Shown: piece after piece, positions 55,861-64,000 of the stretch | How the letters are laid out: every line of letters starts with the position of its first letter | Numbering within the stretch: position 1 is the stretch's first letter | Assembly (NCBI GenBank): GCA_047495785.1 | Contig: JBLDXI010000033.1 | Span: 310,001 to 374,000 of the forward strand | Direction of reading: 5' to 3' | From: Lepidodermella squamata | Taxonomy: Eukaryota; Animalia; Gastrotricha | Length of the DNA: 64,000 bases | Position numbers and translations under genes: made by a program | The notes under the pieces: model-generated | Seen by the model: only the letters and a program-made list of their open reading frames with translations | What the model was told of the DNA's origin: nothing | The model's database searches: none

Positions 55861-57906
55861 AGATAATATAATGGCATCTTCAAGCAGGTGTCACTTGAGT
55901 GCAATTTGTTGAGTTTACTGAAGTTATTCATATTCTTGTCTATCCATAGGCCAATTTTTATGCAAACAACCATCTCAATGATAGCGAGAATTTTCTCTTC
56001 ACTTGTTTCAGCTGCGCAATTAGAAAAATCGATGAGCTATTGTCTTCTTTTTTTCATTCCATCAATTTTAATTTTCGAGTGAAGAATTAATAAAAATATA
56101 TAAAAACACACCTCTGTAGAGTAAGTTATTGAACAGTTTAGCAATCCGTTTAACAATGTGCTCATTCAGGTTGCATTTAACAAGATCGACTTCGACACCG
56201 CCACTGGGTATTGTGAATAAACCTGAGCCCCCTACTCCCCACTACTCCGCTGAATACCACATCAACCACAATCACTACTTGTAAGGCCAAGTCTGATCTT
56301 TCTGCCATGCTGCAGGCTCTCGAGATACCGGCAGACATGCGTACCTCTATGGCGCCGGGTTGTAGATGTAAGCTCCCAAGCAGCGGCTGGAATATACTGC
56401 GGCTCATCATTCATCGCGGCTTCTTAATTTTTTATTTTACCCAAGCTCACCTCGCCTCATTGGGGTCGGTACCATTCGATCCGCCGTGATCGACCACCAC
56501 CCGCTAAGCCTCGGTGACATATTTTACTGAAAATAAAGCTCACCATAAAAAATTTACCCTAATTTGGGTGATGAAAAATCGGACTTTTAGCTTGAGAAAT
56601 CCCTCAATTACGGCCCTGTGTGTAACGCGCTTACGCGGTTGTAAGGGGACGGGAGCGAAGATGGGAGGTGGACTCGCTCCATATACTGTGAGAATCCAAA
56701 TTTTCATGAATTTTCAACATTTACCTGAATTCATGCCCAAAATCGCCCTAATTCATCCACAAAAATGTAGTCATTTATCTACTGAAAGCGTGAATTCAGA
56801 TAACGAAACTAAATTAATGCTTTCGGTAGAAGAATTAGGGTGATATTTTCTTCTGGTGCTGATTTTTCTTTATATCTCTTTATATCTCACAATGAACCAT
56901 CTTGGACATTGTTGTGTGCTCACTCTGCTCCGAGTATTAAGGCTTTCAAAATGCATCTCGTGGGCAATCGGCTATCCCGATGACCAGCCAATTTACAGCT
57001 AATACCCAGAAAGCTAATACCCAAAAGTATGCGTTAGCGTTTGCAAGCTTCATCGCCCAGCTCGGCCAGACCGGACTAGAAAATAAATGCTTTTTAGTCA
57101 ATTTTGAGAGGTTTCGAACGTGTTTTAGGAGATAAAATGATAATCTTCAAAATTGTCTCGCTTCGCTCGAAATCACTAGATATTTTGGCAAATAATACAG
57201 CAAACAAGTTTCTCCATACTCGGAACTCGGAAGAGGATCCAATATCGCACGGTGATCTTATGAGAGAGCCATCTCGTCTATTATCATTTTCTGCACCACC
57301 TCCACCCTTCTAAAGCAGAAATTATCCAGATGATTACAATGGGGAAGCTGCGCTGTTTTGTGCTTTCCTCGTGATATTTGATGGTGCCGCATTTGCAAAC
57401 TGATATTTCTCGCCTGTCGTTCCTCTTTCTTTAGCACAGCCCCTCGCCGCTCATGCTCGCCTTTCCTCTCCTACACGACTCGGTTTTAAACCCTTAGACA
57501 GCTGTTTATACTGACTTCCCATGCTGCTTTAGTATACGAATAACAATGGTGATAATTGAAAAGCAAGAAAAATAATAAAGAAGGATTGCCTTTATCATGA
57601 ATTACAATGACGAAGCCGCAGTGTTTTGCTCCAGCTGCTGTCGCTTCTCTCTCGCATTGCAAAATGAAAGATAGGATTGCTCGCTGCATATTGGAATTCA
57701 CATAAGGAATAAGTTTTCCTTACACTTTGTCAAGCTTCCCTCTCTTGGGTGTAATAGCTTTTAAATAAATAAATTAAATAAATAAGTTACGATGAACATT
57801 ACATCGCCTTTCAGCTTTATTGCCCATGAACTTCTCATCGAATCATTGAAAATCACAATGATATTCTCACTTCCCACAAGTATTAGGCAAAGCGACTCTC
57901 TGTCAT

Positions 57907-58545
57907 TTACAGCTTGAATACGGCATAGCCACTTGGTATGACATCGCTGGAACTCGGGCAGGCTGAGTTGAGATTGCAGGTAGCTGCCGATGGTGAAAAT
58001 GCGATTGCGACGCACTTGGTGTCAGCCGAGCAGGCAGCAGCGCAGTCGGCGTAGGTCTTCAAGGCCGACACCGTTTTGTAGACGCTCTTACAAGGGTAAG
58101 AAACAAGGCTATACTTGCCCAAAACTGCAAATAAAAGAAAAAGAAAATTGTATCATGTCTAAGCGCTGACTAAACTACTTATATCTTATTATTTAGTTTC
58201 AACCTTCCATTACCTGCGTTCTTTTTGTTCACCGTCCAGCCAGATGGAGGAGTGATCGTAGTTGGTGCGCAGGCAGAGTTCAAATTGCAGGTTTTGGTTG
58301 AAGGGTTGTAAGCGGTGCCCTGGCATTTCGTACCCTGGAAGGTACAAATTTTGTTACAGGCGGCCAGATCACTAGCATCAGTTTTGTTGTAGACTGTTCC
58401 GCACCCGTATGAGACAACGTCGTAGTCATTGATGGCGCCTTCAATGAAAACATATTTTAGGGCAATTATACAAGAAAACAAATTTCGACAACGACTTACT
58501 GGCTGACGCAACGATAGCTGCAAAAAGAGCCAACTTGGAGAGCAT
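57907..58545 (-). CDS. Secreted protein with two PAN/apple-like domains, copy A (exons 58545-58500, 58438-58214, 58124-57907)
   Basis: Signal exon plus two phase-1 exons, each with a 6-Cys C...CxxxC...C...CxL...C module (e.g. ADCAAACSADTKCVAIAFSPSAATCNL). Confidence 0.8.
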
Positions 58546-60117
58546 TTTCGCGGCGAAAGAAAGTATTGAGGAAAAGAAAGTTGAGAATTCAAGAAAATGA
58601 ACGAATGAAATGAATTCGCGAAAATGGCTTGGTTATATAGGCGGATATAATCGATAAGTTATTTTTAACGATGCCATTTTCAAGCAGGTGTTTTTTACTC
58701 GAGTGCAAATTCCTAAGCTATGATCGTCTCCCAGGTTCAGTTCCTTATGAAAGAATGGTCCATACTGCTTACTACTGCAATAATGAGATAGATAGCGTAT
58801 TTTTGGAATTTTTTCAGCTGTTTATGCTCGAATTAGAAAAATCGATGAGCTATTTTATGCGCTCTTAGCCATTTCGTTATAGTTTAATTTTACGAGTTGA
58901 CTTGGAATCATGTGCATAAAATAAAAACTCGATAATAAGTGAAAGCTAAGTTTAGCAATCTGTTTTACAATGTGGTAACAGGAAACACTCTCTTGCTGGG
59001 TACTGAGTGGTACGACATGCTGAGGATTTTTCTTGATTTCTATCGTTTACGAACGAACACAACATGCTGAGCTAGTGAAACACCCAGGCTGGACATGCAC
59101 GGCAGGGAGCGCTATACCGTGGTGAAATTGACAGATCGCGTATCGGCCACATGAATTGCGCCATGGATCACTATTTCATACTTCATCGATCGCTTGCTTG
59201 TCCAACGTGAGCGATCCATATGATACTGCACGAAGGCCTGGTCTCAGAAGGCCTTGTTCCAGCCCCCACTGAGCCCAGTCTCCTATATTTAAGCCCAGTC
59301 CTCAGCGATATAAACAATGTTTCAACGACTCAACTGAGCCTCCCGAGCATAATCATATTGTGCTAAAATAAGAGAGCAGACATATCTCGGTTGGCAAAGT
59401 CGACAGCATCACGAACTCCAAGAGCAGAGACCAGTGAAGGAAGTAGGATTTTCACTGTAAGGGGGGTGTCAAACTATTTTTTGCTCGCGCATAACTTTCA
59501 GCTCCTGTGCCTTCAACTAACTGGTTTCCGTTTGTTGATTTCAGCCATTCTAGTACCTATTCCTCCGCTTCTCATAAAAACTGAACATCATAACACATGG
59601 CGAGGCGACATTTAGCTCACGCTATTTACTTATTGCTAAAGAGCGAATCACCGGGCAATACTCCGGGCGGAAACACATTTTCCATTGCAGCAAAAAGTAA
59701 CCAACCAGGTGGGAACACTATTTCTGCATCGTTTTTTAACCTCAATCATACGAAGCCGGCATTGCTTTCACAAACTGGCATCGAGAATAGCACCGTACTT
59801 CTGTTCTATATGCCTTGATTCTATCGAATTCTCAGAGCGGCTGCAAATTCTCACGATTTCAAATATTTCGCCAAACCCCATTTTTCACTTGTTAACGGTC
59901 AAATGTCAAATGTCCACTTGGTCTTATAACAGCCATCGCAATACCGAGCAATTTCACACCCAAATTAGCTCTCATAAATCATTTTATGGTATAATCTATG
60001 CAGATTATTTATTTGACCATGAAATTTTCATGTAGCTTCCAGTCGACACGTGGACAATACTCTTTCTCTTCTCCACAATCGCAAATTCCTGGCGAACCAG
60101 GAAAAGCAAAAGCGAAT

Positions 60118-60765
60118 TTACAGCTTGAAAACAACGTAGTCATTTGGTGGGACATTGGTTGAGTTGGGACAGGCTGAGTTCAGGTTGCATGTACCGATTG
60201 TCGTGGAAAATGCGAAGGCGGCGCACTTGGTATCAGCCGAGCAGGCAGCGGCGCAGTCGGCGTATGTCTTCAACGAATTGACCTTGTTGTAGACCTTATT
60301 GCAGGAGTAGGTGACTCGGTTATACTTGCCCAAAACTGCAATAATTAAATAAAGGGTCAAAACTCGTAAATCAAATCATCAGTACTTCTGCACTCAACTC
60401 GAGAGCTGATACTACTGATACAGTTAGAATTTCATTACCTGCGTTCTTTTTGTTCACTGCCCAGACACCGATAGTAACTGTAGTTGGTGTGCAGCGAGAG
60501 TTCAAGCGGCAAGTTTTGGTTGAAGCTAAGTAGGCAGCGCCCTGGCACTTCGTGCCTTCGAAGGTGCAAAGATTATTGCAACTAGCGAGATCATTGGCCG
60601 TTGTTGTGTTGTAGATTGTTGCGCACCCGTAGGTGACAGCGTCATAGTCATTGATGGCGCCTACCATGAAAACATCTGTGAGTGGTAATCATCGCTTTTA
60701 GTCCTCGACTTACTGACTGACGCGACGATAGCAGCAACAAGAGCCAACTTGGAGAACATTTTCAT
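60118..60765 (-). CDS. Secreted protein with two PAN/apple-like domains, copy B (exons 60765-60714, 60660-60439, 60335-60118)
   Basis: Same exon structure and Cys pattern as copy A. Confidence 0.8.
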
Positions 60766-62722
60766 GGTAATAGAAGAGATAGAATTAGATCGAAAATGAA
60801 GATGAGAATTTCAGGAAAATGGCTGAATGATGAAAATTCGCGAAAATCGCTTGGTTTTATAGGCAAAGAAGCTATTTTTATCGATGGAATTCTCTAGCAG
60901 GTGTTTTCACTTTAGTGCACTTTGTTAAGTTTACATAATATCTTAATATTCTTTTCCCGGTGTTTCATAGCAAACAATCATCCCAATGAAAAATAAGGAA
61001 TTGTCTTTTCAATGATCTCAGCTGCTTTTGCACGCATTAGAAAAATCGATGAGCTATTGTCTGCATTTTCTTAATTTCACTAATTAAACTTCCGAGTGAA
61101 ACATGAATAATACACCTCTGCATAATAAGTTATTGAACTGTTAGGCAACCCCTTTGACAATAAGCTCATTCAGGTTGCTCATTCAGTGACAAGCTCGACT
61201 TCGACGCTACCACAAGGTACTGTGGGGAAGCAAAGCTACTCCGCCCCGATCAAAATCTGAATATCATCAACCGCTACATTCTTCACTCGAGATACCGGGG
61301 GAGTTCGCCGGACTCATATTTTGATCATCAACAGTCCGAATCCTTAAGAGTAAGCTCAAAAAATCCCATGAGCCGATTTTCCCCAGCGTCACCGAGCCAT
61401 CGCTACTCGAAGTTGAAAGAAGGGAACAATTGAAAATTCCCAACATTTGCGTACAAGCTTCGCACTTCTGAACTTTATTTGTTCCTCTAGAAGTAAAACC
61501 CGAAAACTCCACACGGGAGCCTTTGGTCTTTGGTTGATTAAATTCAGGGTTGAGAACACTCACATGTACTGCCCCCCCCCCCCCCCCACCTCGAGGATGC
61601 TAATTTATCCACTGAAATCGCTCCCGTGACTGGCTAGTACCGACTGATACTCGCTCACCCATTTGGCCTAGAGTAAAGTTTCCGGGTATTTTCTCCTCGA
61701 GATTGCTGTTAAGACCGGATTGTAGGGAATTTCAAGCCATAGAGTTTTAAAACCCTATCTCCCTAACATCATAAGAGCCGTCGTAGTTTTGCTATATATT
61801 TCCACCCGATGCTTTGCTGCATGGATCCGATCGAGATTTGCTGGATCGAGATCTTAAGAGAAAGTAGGCCGATAATCGTGGGCGCAATACGCCAAACGCT
61901 GTGGCATGCTCAACTGTCACGCTCTGCTCCGAGTAGTGATAAGGCTTTCTATTCAACTCGGAGGCTATCTGCTATCAAGTTACACGTTACACCAATTTAC
62001 ACCTTATCCCCAGGCGTATGAATAAGCCCTCTTTGCTAAATACCCTTCACATCATAAAAGTACCGTGCCTTAATATGAATAAGTAATTACGGATGGCAAT
62101 GTGTTTTTTACTAAGTATATGGTAAATACGTGTAGAGCTTAGGAATTCGCGCTCCAACCAAGAACACCTGCTTGAAAAGGGCAGTGATAAAAATAGCCTT
62201 TAGATACATGCCCATATATAATATAATATAACATATAAAACATTATTGTCTTTATTTCAACATCTGCTTTTCGAATTTAAAATACCTACATCAGCATTTA
62301 CAATGAAAATGTAGAAAGAAAGCGAGAGGAAAAGTCAATAAACGTGTATTGCGCACAGTCTCCGAAACCCCACGTATTCTATCGTGTAGGCCCGCCCTGA
62401 AGAATAGAGAATAAATGCATGCTGATATTCTTAAAAACTTCGAAAAATCGCAAGTTCAAGCATTTCTGAAGTTTAGAAATCGAGCGCTTTGAGACCAATG
62501 GCATGTATCTTTCCGTAAACTCCGAGCTATCAACAAATGATGGTTCCTCATAACGTCACAGCTGCAGTGTTATTTGCTTCCCGTGCCGCGGATGACTACT
62601 CTCAGATGCAACAAAGCCGTATGCATAACGACTTGTTTGCGCAACTGATTGGGCTGCTTCCAACGGGAATCTCTGAAACTGAGCTGTCTTACATTTCTTA
62701 AGTTTCGAAGATCGACATTGAG

Positions 62723-63928
62723 ATGGTTTTTGTTGTTTACAATTCACCCCTAGCATTGGCTGCAGCATTCCTCCTGCTGCCACAATGGCATTTCATTAAT
62801 ATCCAAGCACAGCAAAATGATCTTCCAGGTCACAGTAGGCTCGCAGAGTTGTTGACAAACTGCAGCCACGTGATGCCACAATCCTATGTTCCGAACTGCA
62901 TCGATAACATGTTCGATTTCGGAGTGGGGCCGCCAACATGCAGACTCACCAATGTTACAGCCCTCATGAATCTCGAGACTTTTTATGAAATCGACGAAGT
63001 TCAGGAGACGTGGACTGTCTCCGGATCATTGAGGACTAACTGGGACGTACCATGCTCCAATTTCTTTTGGCCCGGCCCTCAGTATATATTCTACGTCGAT
63101 GAAAGTTCGGTTTGGAGACCCAAGGTAAATCACAAAAATACGGTTACAAACTATGGAATGATGGATGGTTTTGCAAGCCGGATGTACTGCAAAATGACGC
63201 GAAACTACAGTTTAACGTTTGTTTGGCAGCGTTATGGTATCTTTTCTTCATCCTGCGCATTGAATCTGAGAAACTTCCCATTCGACCAACAAGAATGTTC
63301 TGTCATCTTAATGCTACAGGAGACTTACATGGGGGCTCGTTTCAATAACACGGTGCTTCATATTCAACCAGATTTCGTGAGGGATGGTCAAGGGTGGTCT
63401 TTTGTTAGAAGCAGCTCTAGGCTAGGCGTTATGGATATGGAAGGAAATCGAAGTGTCGCGATATTCAGTTTCACGTTCCATCGAAGGCCCGATTACTTCA
63501 TCTATAATCTGATGCTCCCAACTTTGTTCCTGGCCACCCTGGAATTATTCTCTATGCTCATGTCGCCCGAGTATCCGGATCGGCCAGTTTTTACCGTTAC
63601 AATTCTGCTAGCGGTGACCTTTATGCAGTCTCAAATTGACAGCAAGGTACCACCTAAACCCACTCGAATATTTTTGACAAACTACTGCGATGTTTGCGCT
63701 TTAATTTCCTGGTTCTGTACTGTTTACACCTTAGTAATGTGTGGTGTAACGAACGAAAATCGTTGGATGGCGGGAAAAATAGCTTTTTCAAACGTTTACT
63801 TCAGAAAGACCTTCAGAATGAGAAGAGCTCGGCTATTTGACATCCCTGCATTTTTTGCCTGTCTTCTATGCTTACTCATTTTAAATATTTACGCTTTTTC
63901 TGTTTCCAAGTTTATTGAGTCGGAATGA
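62723..63928 (+). CDS. Divergent intronless Cys-loop LGIC subunit (LGIC-14; close paralog of LGIC-13)
   Basis: CALNLRNFPFDQQEC; M2 PDRPVFTVTILLAV; long identical stretches with LGIC-13 (DGFASRMYCKMT). Confidence 0.9.
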   Translation: MVFVVYNSPLALAAAFLLLPQWHFINIQAQQNDLPGHSRLAELLTNCSHVMPQSYVPNCIDNMFDFGVGPPTCRLTNVTALMNLETFYEIDEVQETWTVSGSLRTNWDVPCSNFFWPGPQYIFYVDESSVWRPKVNHKNTVTNYGMMDGFASRMYCKMTRNYSLTFVWQRYGIFSSSCALNLRNFPFDQQECSVILMLQETYMGARFNNTVLHIQPDFVRDGQGWSFVRSSSRLGVMDMEGNRSVAIFSFTFHRRPDYFIYNLMLPTLFLATLELFSMLMSPEYPDRPVFTVTILLAVTFMQSQIDSKVPPKPTRIFLTNYCDVCALISWFCTVYTLVMCGVTNENRWMAGKIAFSNVYFRKTFRMRRARLFDIPAFFACLLCLLILNIYAFSVSKFIESE

Positions 63929-64000
63929 ATAAAGCTGTACGTAACGTGTCATAACTAAGAATGATGAAAAATAAGCAAGCAATGTTGTTGGCGTTATGCA

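Noticed and set aside
23592-63928. Bacterial origin or contamination for the intronless, short-loop pLGICs (ELIC/GLIC-like)
   Set aside because: Twelve of 14 keep the eukaryotic C-x13-C loop, they have N-glycosylation sequons and often downstream AATAAA signals, and they are interleaved with spliced animal genes.
23592-63928. Annotating the channels as nicotinic acetylcholine or GABA receptor orthologs
   Set aside because: No vicinal loop C cysteines, loop B Trp, or GEK/PAR motif, so no gene symbol can be supported.

Overview
Eukaryotic genomic DNA from an invertebrate animal: GT-AG introns (many only 50-100 bp), metazoan gene families and TTAGGG-like repeats. The taxon cannot be fixed from the sequence alone. 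The dominant feature is a tandem array of 14 intronless, highly divergent pentameric (Cys-loop) ligand-gated ion channel genes at 23.6-63.9 kb. They lack the acetylcholine-binding residues, have only a ~30-aa M3-M4 loop, carry a private N-terminal 4-Cys motif and a (P/T/N/A)-(D/E)-R pore entrance, and two have lost the Cys-loop cysteines. This looks like a lineage-specific expanded chemosensory receptor family, analogous to cephalopod chemotactile receptors. The array is preceded by two tandem HCN channel genes (SIGYG filter). It is interspersed with an ARM-TIR gene, three small orphan secreted Cys proteins, a membrane-anchored CE4 polysaccharide deacetylase and duplicated PAN-like secreted proteins. 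The first 13 kb hold a BEN-domain gene end probably inside a CACTA-like transposon that truncates a GPCR-like ORF, an SLC46-like transporter, a spliced Cys-peptide precursor with a pseudogene paralog, a 3.6-kb CACTA-like element and an atypical 3-Kunitz protein. MITEs, a MULE-like element, a LINE remnant and Penelope-type minimal hammerhead ribozymes are also present. Spliced gene models were assembled by eye and need RNA confirmation.
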